The notes below the pieces were generated by a model, which did no database searches, had not been told where the DNA came from, and saw nothing but the letters and a program-made list of their open reading frames with translations. Shown piece by piece: positions 8,979 to 17,946 of a stretch of DNA of 43,176 nt. The position numbers were made by a program, and so were the translations under genes. The DNA lies in contig JBDTLH010000194.1 of the NCBI GenBank assembly GCA_039934875.1, positions 1 to 43,176 on the forward strand, written 5' to 3'. Numbering within the stretch: the stretch's first letter is position 1; every line of letters starts with the position of its first letter. The stretch comes from Acidobacteriaceae bacterium. Its GTDB lineage: Bacteria; Acidobacteriota; Terriglobia; Terriglobales; Acidobacteriaceae.

Positions 8979-10301
8979 CTACCTTTTTAGACGAATCCCA
9001 CGGGGAGTGAAGTTGAAACCCAGTCCAACCGTATGGCTGTTCCCGGCTAGAAGAGTGTCAGAAAATTGGAGGAAGGTGAAATTCGAGTTCTGGCGGCGGA
9101 AGCTGTAGTTCACATATCCGCTCACACGCTGGCCGAATTTCCGGTTTAGATTTATTCCCAACTGCTCATTATCAAAGTTCTCATGGCCCAGCAGCGAACT
9201 TAAATGAGAGTAAGCCGCTGACGCGCTGGTACTCCAGGTGTGGCCTAGCTGGCGCGATGCGGTAAGGCCGACCAGGTCCTGCAGGGCGCCGAAGATCGCG
9301 AACGACCCGGAATTCGCGCTGCGGCTATAGCGCAGCTGCCAGGTGGTGCGGTTTTTCACATAGATGGCCGATGCCCCTCCGCCCAGGGTGTGCCGGGGAG
9401 GAGTCCCGGGGCTCGATATCCACTGCGGCCCGAGCGAACCCTGCACGGAAAGCGATGCATTGAATTGGTGCGAAAGCGCAACACTGCCGTAATCAACCTT
9501 TATGTTCTCCGGAATATGGTCATAAGAGTAATTCGAGTGATCATAGCTCAACGAGATCGAGGTCCTCGCCGTAAGCCGATAATCGCCCCCTTCACTGAAT
9601 ACCAGTTGCCGGCTGTTGTAGATACCGGTGTCCGGGAACCGGGACAGCCCGTATGAAACCGAACTGGTGAGCGTGGTGCGCGGAGTGAGGCTATAGTTTG
9701 CCTGCACAAAGGTTGCATTGCTAAGCCGGGGCTGGTCCTGCAGCAGCACCCCTGATTGTGGCAGCAGCCCCGGATTCAATCCCCCCAGATTTATGCCGCC
9801 AATGTTTCCGATTCCGGGGATGCCGCCTCCGAAGCCAAAGGTATCGGGGGTGTAGGTGAAGGTATCGCCCACCATAAATCCTAATTTGTTGAACTGAAAC
9901 GAGTCGCTCACATCGAAGTTGTGAAAGGTCGGAGTGGGCCGGTTCAACCGCGTGCCCTGGTAATTGTTGTTGTAGAAGATAGCGCCGCCATTGTAACCAA
10001 ACTGGATGTCGTTGCGCGGCGTCACGGCCGCGTAGTGGAAATCTCCCGAGATCGCCTGTGTGCTTACGAAATTATTGGCGCTGCTAAGCTTGGAGTTTGA
10101 ATAGAAGTCGAAGACCTGAGAGACCCGGAAGTCGCTGTGCAAAACCCCATCGGCACCGCCTCCGGCGGGTTCGGAGCGCTGTATCCCGCTCAGCGGTTGA
10201 TACGTCCCACCGCTCTCCGTCTGCGGCACCTGTGCCCAGAGAGCGGCCGTTGCCGCGAGCAGCGCCAGCGTTATTGTCAGACTTCGCTTGGTAATGGTCA
10301 T
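8979..10301 (-). CDS. putative outer-membrane beta-barrel protein of the eps locus
   Basis: 440 aa. Signal peptide MTITKRSLTITLALLAATAALWAQ. Ser/Thr/Tyr/Gly/Asn-rich with alternating-hydrophobic strand pattern throughout. Its position between wza-like and wzz-like genes matches the uncharacterised beta-barrel of PEP-CTERM EPS loci. Confidence 0.55.
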   Translation of the reverse strand: MTITKRSLTITLALLAATAALWAQVPQTESGGTYQPLSGIQRSEPAGGGADGVLHSDFRVSQVFDFYSNSKLSSANNFVSTQAISGDFHYAAVTPRNDIQFGYNGGAIFYNNNYQGTRLNRPTPTFHNFDVSDSFQFNKLGFMVGDTFTYTPDTFGFGGGIPGIGNIGGINLGGLNPGLLPQSGVLLQDQPRLSNATFVQANYSLTPRTTLTSSVSYGLSRFPDTGIYNSRQLVFSEGGDYRLTARTSISLSYDHSNYSYDHIPENIKVDYGSVALSHQFNASLSVQGSLGPQWISSPGTPPRHTLGGGASAIYVKNRTTWQLRYSRSANSGSFAIFGALQDLVGLTASRQLGHTWSTSASAAYSHLSSLLGHENFDNEQLGINLNRKFGQRVSGYVNYSFRRQNSNFTFLQFSDTLLAGNSHTVGLGFNFTPRGIRLKR

Positions 10302-10309
10302 GTGCGCCT

Positions 10310-11098
10310 CTACGGAACCACGATCGTATCGTTGGATTTCAGAGCGATGTTTTGTTTCTCGTCGCCTTTAAGCGCCTTCTTGTAGTTAAAAGGTATCTTT
10401 TGCTTGGTTCCATTTTCCGCACGCAGAATATAGATCTTCTTCTGATTGGCGAAGGGACTAAGACCGCCCGCGGTGGCAATCGCTTGCAGAGCAGTCATGC
10501 CGGCATTCAAAGGGAGTGGCCCCTGATGCCCAACTTCACCCAGTATGAACACGCGCTGGCTGTTAATCGAGGTCACCACCACCGAAACCTGCGGGTCATT
10601 GACGAACTTCTTGAGCCGGGTGGCAATATCAGTTGACAACTGCATGGGAGTGAATCCCGCCGCTTCCACATCGTGCAGCAGCGGCATCGATATCATTCCA
10701 TCAGGCCGTACCGGCAGCGACCCCGAGAGATCGGGTTCTTTCCATACCGAAACCGAGACCATGTCCTGCGGGCCGATGATGTAGGTTTCGCTGTTCGCGT
10801 CCGTGGCGGCGGGCACGACGGGCGCTGCTTCGGGCGCCTTGTCTTTCGGGTCCTTCGCATCCTTAGTGTCTTTGACGGTGTCTTTGGCGTCCGTCGCCTT
10901 TCCAGTGTCCTTGCTCTTATTTGCGTCGGCTGGAGCGACGGCATCGTTTTTCAATGGCGGTGCGGGCTGCGGCGGTGCAGGCTGCGCGGCCTTCTCCGGA
11001 GACACCGCGGCGGTAGTGGGAGGCGTCCCCGCTGGTTGTTGCGCGCACAGCACACCCGATAGAAGCACCGCGCCAATTGTCAAGTTACAAAATTTCAT
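10310..11098 (-). CDS. polysaccharide export protein (Wza-like; Poly_export + SLBB)
   Basis: 262 aa. Signal peptide. K/D/T/P-rich low-complexity insert. Core YIIGPQDMVSVSVWKEPDLSGSLPVRPDGMISMPLLHDVEAAGFTPMQL and a C-terminal SLBB-like segment (IYILRAENG...LKSNDTIVVP). ATGA overlap with the regulator gene. Confidence 0.85.
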   Translation of the reverse strand: MKFCNLTIGAVLLSGVLCAQQPAGTPPTTAAVSPEKAAQPAPPQPAPPLKNDAVAPADANKSKDTGKATDAKDTVKDTKDAKDPKDKAPEAAPVVPAATDANSETYIIGPQDMVSVSVWKEPDLSGSLPVRPDGMISMPLLHDVEAAGFTPMQLSTDIATRLKKFVNDPQVSVVVTSINSQRVFILGEVGHQGPLPLNAGMTALQAIATAGGLSPFANQKKIYILRAENGTKQKIPFNYKKALKGDEKQNIALKSNDTIVVP

Positions 11099-12084
11099 TC
11101 CTGCACTCCGTTGCTTGAACTTGTGTTGCGTTCGATTCCGATGCGCTTCAATTTATACAGAAGCGCCTTATAACTGATCTTAAGTTCCCGCGCGGTTTGC
11201 TTTCGGTTCCCACCGGTGGTGCTGAGCACCTCGGAGATAATCTCCCGCTCCGCTTTCATCGAAGCAGTCCGCGCTATCTCCTTCAGCGAAACGCCGGAGT
11301 TGCTCCCCGGCCGCGTCCTCGCCATGGAAGCCTGCAAGGCTGCCAACGCTATCTCCTGATCTCCGATCAAGACACAAGCTCTCATCGCGGCTTCCAATTC
11401 GGTAAAATTGCCCGGCCAACTGTAGTTAACTAGGAAATCTTTAAATTCTTCATTTAGCGCCGGCTTGTCTTTTTGCAACTCAGCCGCCGCGCTCGATAGA
11501 AAGTGCTCCGCCATCGCGATCAGGTCCGGCTTCCGGCGGCGAAGAGGTACGGTGTAAAGCGTAACTCCCGCAATCGCATAAAAGAAATCTTCGCTGATCT
11601 TGCCCAGGCGGACGGCCTCAGCCAATGGCTTAACCGAACCGCAGAGAATGATGGGTGAGTCTTCTGAATTATGCCCTATTGCGCCGTTTGCTAATAGTAA
11701 ATTCTGCATCGGCAGGCCCAATTCAGATACCGATTCCAGATAGACTGTTCCCGCCGATTTCACACTCTGTTCTAGCTCCGCCCAGCTTGTCGTTTCGCAG
11801 CAAACCGTTTGCAATGGAAAATGCCGCCGCCCGCTGGCCTCGTGCATCCGCCGCACCACGCTTCTCTTGCCCGTGCCCGGCTCACCCACAATCAGAACCG
11901 GACAGCCAGCCTGAGAGATATGCTCCAGCAACTCATGCGTGCGCCGCTGCCCGTGGTCCGGCGAAAACAAGCTGAATGATGGTGCGAGCGCCATGGTCGT
12001 GGCTGTCGGGCTTGCGGCTGTCATGTCTGATAGGAACGAGTCTGCAGAAGTATGAGCAACCACAGTTCCAAACTCGCGAAACAA
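11095..12084 (-). CDS. degenerate NtrC/PrsR-like enhancer-binding-protein homolog (AAA+ core + Fis-type HTH, no receiver domain, no GAFTGA)
   Basis: 329 aa. Walker A GEPGTGKR. WPGN(F/V)xEL motif (YSWPGNFTELEAA). C-terminal HTH GNRKQTARELKISYKALLYKLKRIG. The TTG start at 12084 is uncertain; in-frame ATGs occur at codons 21 and 31. Confidence 0.8.
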   Translation of the reverse strand: MFREFGTVVAHTSADSFLSDMTAASPTATTMALAPSFSLFSPDHGQRRTHELLEHISQAGCPVLIVGEPGTGKRSVVRRMHEASGRRHFPLQTVCCETTSWAELEQSVKSAGTVYLESVSELGLPMQNLLLANGAIGHNSEDSPIILCGSVKPLAEAVRLGKISEDFFYAIAGVTLYTVPLRRRKPDLIAMAEHFLSSAAAELQKDKPALNEEFKDFLVNYSWPGNFTELEAAMRACVLIGDQEIALAALQASMARTRPGSNSGVSLKEIARTASMKAEREIISEVLSTTGGNRKQTARELKISYKALLYKLKRIGIERNTSSSNGVQE

Positions 12085-12116
12085 AATAAGATTGCGTTTT
12101 GTGCTGATATTTCGCT

Positions 12117-12144
12117 ATTGTATGTCACGGTCGCCGACGCGCAA
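12117..12144 (-). promoter_or_regulatory. candidate sigma-70 promoter for the regulator/eps operon (TTGCGC-N16-TACAAT)
   Basis: Minus-strand reading gives cTTGCGCgtcggcgaccgtgacaTACAATagc. The -10 lies about 33 nt upstream of the TTG start at 12084. Confidence 0.4.
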
Positions 12145-12157
12145 GTGTAAATACTCC

Positions 12158-12186
12158 TTGAAAGTTCTTCCGTAACTACCTAGAAT
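12158..12186 (+). promoter_or_regulatory. candidate sigma-70 promoter for the exosortase operon (TTGAAA-N17-TAGAAT)
   Basis: Plus-strand reading gives TTGAAAgttcttccgtaactaccTAGAAT. It sits back to back with the minus-strand promoter, 48 nt upstream of the first possible exosortase start. Confidence 0.5.
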
Positions 12187-12233
12187 CGTCTAAGAAAAGT
12201 CCTAAGGGTGAGGGAAATTGTTTTCTCTGGCAA

Positions 12234-13199
12234 GTGGAAAACATTTTCCTATTGATTAATTTTGCTCTCCTACTAACATGTATGGGTCGCGCCACGATAT
12301 CTATGTCTGACTCCCAAAACGCCACTGTGCTTGCCGAATTAAAGCTGCCTGCCGAACCCTCCTTGAGCCGGGTGCCTTGGCCGCAGATCACCCTCCTTGC
12401 CGTCGTGCTCGCACTTTACGCCCGTGTGCTGATCAAGCTGGTCCACGACTGGTGGACCATCCCCGATTTTTCTCACGGTTTCCTGGTCCCATTGTTTTCC
12501 GCGTATCTGCTGTGGAGCAAGCGCGACAAACTGAAGCAACTGCCGATCGCGCCATCATGGAGTGGGCTGGGCCCCATTCTGGCGGCCCTGGCGCTGTTAA
12601 TTGTGGGATCATTCGGCGCCGAACTCTTTCTGACGCGCATCTCGCTGGTCGTTCTCCTCGCTGGCCTCACGCTTCTTTTTTACGGATGGCGATACCTGCG
12701 CGAGTGCGCCTTTGCCATCGGTGTGTTGCTGCTGGCAATTCCCATTCCGGCAATCATCTTCAATCAGATCACGTTTCCCCTGCAGATACTGGCATCCCAG
12801 CTTGCCAGCAATCTTTTGCCGCTGATGAATGTGCCGGTGCTGCGCGATGGCAACGTCATTCAGTTGCCCGCCATGCCGCTTGAGGTCGCGGAGGCGTGCA
12901 GCGGAATTCGTTCCCTGATGAGCCTGGGAACGCTGGCGATCTTTTACGGATATTTCCTCGAAAAATCGAATCTCCGCCGCGTCATTCTCGCGCTGCTCAG
13001 CATCCCCATCGCTGTGTGTGCCAATGCGTTGCGCATCGTGGGTACCGGATTGTGCGTGCAATACTGGGACCCCGACAAGGCATTGGGCTTCTTCCACGAG
13101 TTTTCCGGATGGGTGGTCTTTGTCTTCTCCCTGCTGCTCCTATATGGCGTACACCGCCTGATGCAGCTCTTTCATCCTCATGAGGTTACCCCGGCATGA
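12234..13199 (+). CDS. exosortase (EpsH/Xrt family transpeptidase)
   Basis: Polytopic membrane protein carrying the exosortase signature residues: Cys in EACSGIRSLMSL, Arg in NALRIVGTG, His in FHEFSGWVVF. N-terminal DWWTIPDFSHGFLVP motif. The start is ambiguous: GTG 12234, ATG 12282 or ATG 12303. Confidence 0.9.
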   Translation: MENIFLLINFALLLTCMGRATISMSDSQNATVLAELKLPAEPSLSRVPWPQITLLAVVLALYARVLIKLVHDWWTIPDFSHGFLVPLFSAYLLWSKRDKLKQLPIAPSWSGLGPILAALALLIVGSFGAELFLTRISLVVLLAGLTLLFYGWRYLRECAFAIGVLLLAIPIPAIIFNQITFPLQILASQLASNLLPLMNVPVLRDGNVIQLPAMPLEVAEACSGIRSLMSLGTLAIFYGYFLEKSNLRRVILALLSIPIAVCANALRIVGTGLCVQYWDPDKALGFFHEFSGWVVFVFSLLLLYGVHRLMQLFHPHEVTPA

Positions 13200-13840
13200 A
13201 TTTCGCACCGCGATTCTGGGTGGTAGTCATTTTGTTCGTCGCGACCTCCGCGTTGCTCTATGGCCGCGGGGACAAAGACCGGCAGGTTGCGAGCGAACCC
13301 CTGTCCGCGGTGCCCAACCAATTGAGCCAATGGACCGGCAAGGACCGCCCGATAGATGACCGGGTGCTTGAGGTGCTCGGATCCGGCGAGTTCCTCTCCC
13401 GTCTCTATACCTCCAGCCAGAGTGAGCTGCCGGTTGATTTGTTCATTGGATATTTTCCCAGCCAACGCAGCGGAAGCTCCATCCACTCCCCCAAGAACTG
13501 TCTCCCCGGCGCGGGATGGTACTTCGACTCTTCCAAACATGACGTATTGACCGGCGATGACGGCAAGCCTTACAAGGTAGGGGAATACGTGATCAGCAAT
13601 GGAAGCGCCAAGCAGTACGTAATCTATTGGTATCAGGCGCACGGGCGTAGCGTCGCCAGCGAATACTGGGCGAAGTACTACTTGGTCCACGATGCTATTG
13701 CCACCAATCGCACCGACGGAGCGCTGGTGCGCGTGATCACCCCCATCGGCTCCACTGAGAGCGTGGCCCAGGCTCGGGCCCGGGCGACTGGATTCGCAGC
13801 CCAGTTGGCTCCTCAGTTGCACCGGTTCATTCCGGATTAA
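13196..13840 (+). CDS. epsI: EpsI family exosortase-associated protein
   Basis: 214 aa. ATGA overlap with the exosortase stop. One N-terminal TM (FWVVVILFVATSALLY). Conserved IHSPKNCLPGAGW-type motif, as I recall for EpsI. Confidence 0.8.
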   Translation: MNFAPRFWVVVILFVATSALLYGRGDKDRQVASEPLSAVPNQLSQWTGKDRPIDDRVLEVLGSGEFLSRLYTSSQSELPVDLFIGYFPSQRSGSSIHSPKNCLPGAGWYFDSSKHDVLTGDDGKPYKVGEYVISNGSAKQYVIYWYQAHGRSVASEYWAKYYLVHDAIATNRTDGALVRVITPIGSTESVAQARARATGFAAQLAPQLHRFIPD

Positions 13841-13881
13841 GGTAATTTCGATACGAAGAAGACGTCGCCCTCCGGGGGAAA

Positions 13882-13897
13882 CGGCAATTCACGTGCA
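13882..13897 (+). promoter_or_regulatory. weak sigma-54-like -24/-12 element (cGGCAAttcacgTGCA)
   Basis: The GG and GC dinucleotides have the canonical 12-nt offset. 8 of the 12 defined consensus positions of TGGCACG-N4-TTGCW match. The element lies 63 nt upstream of the prsT ATG. Confidence 0.3.
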
Positions 13898-13959
13898 GCA
13901 ATGTAACCGGTTAGCGCAAAATAATTTCTCTTTTAGGTTAGGAACGGCAGGTATTACCC

Positions 13960-16242
13960 ATGAAACTTAAGACTCTCTCCTTGGCACTGGCTCTCCTGAC
14001 CCTGATGTTCGCAGTGTCTGGTTGCTCCCGCGACCCCAACGTACGTAAGCAGAAGTATCTCGAGAGCGGCAAGCGCTATATGGAGAAGGACAAATACCGT
14101 GAGGCCACCATCCAGTTTTCGAATGCCTTGCGGGTGGACCGGAGCTTCGCCGAGGCCCACTTCCAACTCGCCAACGCCTACGCCAAAATGGGCTCTTATC
14201 AGAGCGCATATGCGGAGCTGATGCAGACCGTGCAGTTGCAGCCCAACAATGTCAAGGCGAGAATTGAATTGGGCAACCTGCTGCTGGCCTTTGGCCATGC
14301 CCCGGATAAGGCGCAAGAGCAGGCCAATGCCGCGGAGCTGGTTGACCCTAATAATGCCGATGTTCATGCCCTGAAATCAGGCATAGCCGGCTACAAGCAC
14401 GACCGGGTGACCGCCCTGGCGGAGATTCAAAAGGCCATCAACCTCGACCCGAATAAGCCAAATTTCTACATCGCCCAGTCCATGATGAGGGTGCCCGATC
14501 CCTCCAATGCCGCTGCCTCTGAGGCAGACCTGAAGAAGGCCGAAGCGCTCGATCCTAAATCCATGGCGGCCCACCTCTTGCTCGCCCGCCGTTATGAAGA
14601 GGCCAAGCGTTGGCCGGATGCCGAGACCGAGCTTAAGGCGGCGGTTGCCACTGATCCCAAGAGCCTGCCCGCGCGCGCCGCCCTGGCCAACCTTTACCTG
14701 CGACAGGGGGACAACGCAAAAGCCGAAGAGGTGCTGCGCAAGGCCTCCAGCGATTTGTCCGACAGCCCACAGGGCGCTGCGCTGCTCGCGAACTACTACT
14801 TCGGTATAGGGCAGGTGCAAAAAGCAGTGGACGAACTGGCGTCCCAGGCTGCCAAGTATCCCAAGAACCTGGCCCTGCAAGCGGCCTACGTGCAAGCTCT
14901 GATCCAAACCAACCAGAACAGCAAGGCGGAGGACCTGATCTCCAGGCTATTGAAGGACCACCCCAAGGATCCCCAGATACAGGTGTTGAACGGCGTCGTG
15001 CTGGTACGCGCCGGAAAGCCCGACGAAGCAATCGATTCGCTGCAAAAGGCGGTCAAGGATACGCCGGACAACTACTTTGCCCACTATTGGCTGGCTCGGG
15101 CGGCTGAAGCGAAGGGTGATATGGACCTCGCGCAGACCAACATGGAAGATGCCTCGCGTCTGGCCCCTACCTTCCTGCCCGCCCAGGAAGGGGTGGCGCA
15201 GATCGCGATGTCCAAAAATGACGTCTTCATGCTCTCTGATGTCGCGGACAAGACCATCAATAGCGTGCCTAAATCACCCGCGGGATACCTGTGGCGCTCC
15301 GAGGTTGAAATGCGCCACGATCAGGTGGCCAAGGCCGAGGCGGACATCAATACCGCTATGAATCTCCGTCCCAATATTCCAATTCCATACATCGCGCTCG
15401 GTAGAGTGCGGGTACAACAAAAGCGCAGCGCCGAAGCGGAGAAGCTGTTCAACAAGGCGCTCGAACTGGATCCGACGTCAGTCGAGGCGCTCAAGGACCT
15501 GGCAACGCTGGACATGATAGCCAAGCAGCCCGCAAAAGCCATCTCCATGGTCAAAGCGCAGATCGCGAAACAACCTAAGACGGGCGGGTTTTATGTGCTG
15601 CTGGCAAGCCTTCAGGCCAATACCCGGGACCTGCCGGGTGCCCAGGCTAGCCTGGAAAAAGCCATGGAAATCAATCCCGAGGACGCGACCGCCATCAACC
15701 TTTATACCAATGTGGCAACCAGCGACGGCAAGCCGGAGAAGGCCATGCAGGTGATGGAGCGTTGGGTGCAGGCCCATCCTAAAGACGCCGCCGCCTATGC
15801 CACCATGGGAACGCTCTCCGAGCAGATGAAGGATAAAGACAAGGCCCAGGCGTTCTATCAGAAAGCCTTGCAGTTGCAGCCTGACCAGCCGGTCGCCGCG
15901 AACAACCTGGCGTTTCTCATGATGGAAACCGGGCAGAGCACGGACCAGGCGCTGGTCCTGGCGCAAACCGCGCGCCGGGCCATGCCCAATTCCCCCAACT
16001 CGGCGGACACCCTGGCCTGGGCCTATTTCCATAAAGGCGAATACTCGAGCGCCCGCGATTTGCTCGAAGATGCCGCCAAGAAGACGCCCAATGATCCCAT
16101 GATTCAGTACCATTTGGGTATGGTCTATGGAAAGCTGTTGGACAAGGACAAGGCATCGGCGCACTTGAAACGTGCATTGACGCTCTCTCCCGCGCCGAAC
16201 ACAGCCGACGACATAAAAAAAGCGTTGAGCAGTATTGGATAG
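13960..16242 (+). CDS. prsT: PEP-CTERM system TPR-repeat lipoprotein (PrsT-like)
   Basis: 760 aa. Lipoprotein signal with lipobox FAVSGC. TPR repeats run wall to wall (many A..Y..AL.L.P.N motifs). Sits immediately downstream of exosortase-epsI. Confidence 0.75.
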   Translation: MKLKTLSLALALLTLMFAVSGCSRDPNVRKQKYLESGKRYMEKDKYREATIQFSNALRVDRSFAEAHFQLANAYAKMGSYQSAYAELMQTVQLQPNNVKARIELGNLLLAFGHAPDKAQEQANAAELVDPNNADVHALKSGIAGYKHDRVTALAEIQKAINLDPNKPNFYIAQSMMRVPDPSNAAASEADLKKAEALDPKSMAAHLLLARRYEEAKRWPDAETELKAAVATDPKSLPARAALANLYLRQGDNAKAEEVLRKASSDLSDSPQGAALLANYYFGIGQVQKAVDELASQAAKYPKNLALQAAYVQALIQTNQNSKAEDLISRLLKDHPKDPQIQVLNGVVLVRAGKPDEAIDSLQKAVKDTPDNYFAHYWLARAAEAKGDMDLAQTNMEDASRLAPTFLPAQEGVAQIAMSKNDVFMLSDVADKTINSVPKSPAGYLWRSEVEMRHDQVAKAEADINTAMNLRPNIPIPYIALGRVRVQQKRSAEAEKLFNKALELDPTSVEALKDLATLDMIAKQPAKAISMVKAQIAKQPKTGGFYVLLASLQANTRDLPGAQASLEKAMEINPEDATAINLYTNVATSDGKPEKAMQVMERWVQAHPKDAAAYATMGTLSEQMKDKDKAQAFYQKALQLQPDQPVAANNLAFLMMETGQSTDQALVLAQTARRAMPNSPNSADTLAWAYFHKGEYSSARDLLEDAAKKTPNDPMIQYHLGMVYGKLLDKDKASAHLKRALTLSPAPNTADDIKKALSSIG

Positions 16243-16261
16243 CAACCGAGGTCCGCTAGAT

Positions 16262-16300
16262 AGAATCTCCACTCGCCGCCGGGTGGAGATTCTTACTTTT
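16262..16300 (+). terminator. rho-independent terminator after prsT
   Basis: Perfect 11-bp stem AGAATCTCCAC/GTGGAGATTCT (16262-16272 and 16283-16293), 10-nt loop, followed by tactttt. Confidence 0.6.
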
Positions 16301-16340
16301 GAAAGCAGGGCGGATAGCTGATAAATGAAGATCAAAGAGT

Positions 16341-17843
16341 TTGAACTTCACCGGAGATAAGCCCGTGATAGGACTGCTCATATCCTTAGTTTGTTTTTCA
16401 TTGGGCGGTATTGCCATTGCGCAAAATACCTGGCCGGTCGCGCCTTCCGTCGCCATTCAGGAGATAAGTGCTGAGGCAGCGAAATCGCTTTTTGTCGACG
16501 CGCAGGCCGCCAGCACAGCGAGCAATAATGCCCTGAAGGGCAATTTTCTTGAACGCCTTGCGCAATTTTACCGGCAGGACTGGACGGGCACCAACCCGAC
16601 GGCACCGTCTTCCGTGAAGCGAGGCTTGCCCGCTCCAATCGATTCGCCGCCTTATCCATTTTCTGATTGGGGTTATGGGGGATCGCCCGATATCGGCGCG
16701 CCCGACGGAAATACCTATCCTTTGATGTCCGCGCTTAGGCTGGATAGCAGCCGGACCAAAATCTATGGATGGATAGCTCCCAGCATTAATTTCAGCACCT
16801 CAGGATCGAGCAACTTTCCGGTCGTATACGACGTCCGCCCGGACCGGTTGGAGCTGAACCAGGCGGTGGTTTACGTGGAGCGCCTCCCGGAGACGGTGCA
16901 AAACACACACTTCGACTATGGCTATCACTTTACCGCACTCTATGGAACGGATTACCGTTTCACGACCGCGAAAGACTACTTCAGCCAGCAACTGCTGAAA
17001 TTCAATCGTGAATATGGCTTTGATCCGGTACTCGAGTATCTGGACCTGTACTTTCCTGTTAAGGATGGCCTGAACGTTCGGATTGGCCGTTTTCTTTCCG
17101 TTCCCGGGATCGAAGCGCAACTCGCGCCCAATAATTACAACATGACGCATTCCCTGCTCTATGCCATCGACCCCTTCACTGACACCGGAATCTTTAGCAC
17201 CTTGAAGCTCAACAAGAAATGGATTGTTCAGTTGGGAATATCAGCCGGCCACGATGTTGCCCTCTGGTCAGATGATCGGAAACCATCTTTCATTGGGTGC
17301 TTGAATTATTCCACCAGGAGCAATAACGATAATCTTTATGGTTGCGCAAACGGTATCAACGATGGCAAGTATGCCTATAACAACCTGCAGGACTATGACA
17401 TCACCTGGTATCACAAATTTGATAGCAAGTGGCACACCGCAACCGAGGCGTGGTACATGTATGAACGCGATGTGCCGAATATCGCCGGCAATGTGGCGGA
17501 TCCGGTAAAGCCCGAAACAGGTGCGAACGGCGCCTTCTGCAAGGCTGGGGCGCTGCGTTGCACCGCCCCCGAATACGCTATAGTCAATTACCTGAACCGC
17601 GAAGTCAATTCCAAGTTGTTTTTAGGTTTTCGTTCGGATTTTCTGGATGACAAAAAAGGCCAGCGCACCGGCCTCGCGTCCAAGTACACCGAAAATACTT
17701 TATACGCGACCAAATACATTGGTACTACGGTGCTGTTCCGCCCCGAACTCCGCTTTGACCACTCCTGGGATTTGCGAGGTTACAACAATGGAAGAAGCCG
17801 AAACCAACTCTTTTTTGGCGGCGACGTGATCTACAGGTTTTAG
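16341..17843 (+). CDS. outer-membrane beta-barrel (porin-like) protein
   Basis: 500 aa. Signal peptide ending IAIAQ. Aromatic/Gly/Asn-rich strand pattern. Canonical OMP C-terminus ...GGDVIYRF. TTG start at 16341; an alternative GTG start is at 16365. Confidence 0.6.
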   Translation: MNFTGDKPVIGLLISLVCFSLGGIAIAQNTWPVAPSVAIQEISAEAAKSLFVDAQAASTASNNALKGNFLERLAQFYRQDWTGTNPTAPSSVKRGLPAPIDSPPYPFSDWGYGGSPDIGAPDGNTYPLMSALRLDSSRTKIYGWIAPSINFSTSGSSNFPVVYDVRPDRLELNQAVVYVERLPETVQNTHFDYGYHFTALYGTDYRFTTAKDYFSQQLLKFNREYGFDPVLEYLDLYFPVKDGLNVRIGRFLSVPGIEAQLAPNNYNMTHSLLYAIDPFTDTGIFSTLKLNKKWIVQLGISAGHDVALWSDDRKPSFIGCLNYSTRSNNDNLYGCANGINDGKYAYNNLQDYDITWYHKFDSKWHTATEAWYMYERDVPNIAGNVADPVKPETGANGAFCKAGALRCTAPEYAIVNYLNREVNSKLFLGFRSDFLDDKKGQRTGLASKYTENTLYATKYIGTTVLFRPELRFDHSWDLRGYNNGRSRNQLFFGGDVIYRF

Positions 17844-17946
17844 ATTCGCGGGCCGGAACTTAGCGGGGGAGCCACATCCGCTAAATGGGAGTTCGCGCTC
17901 GCCCCGAAGGTGACTTCCAGCAGCGGAGGGCATCTAATAACGTGAG

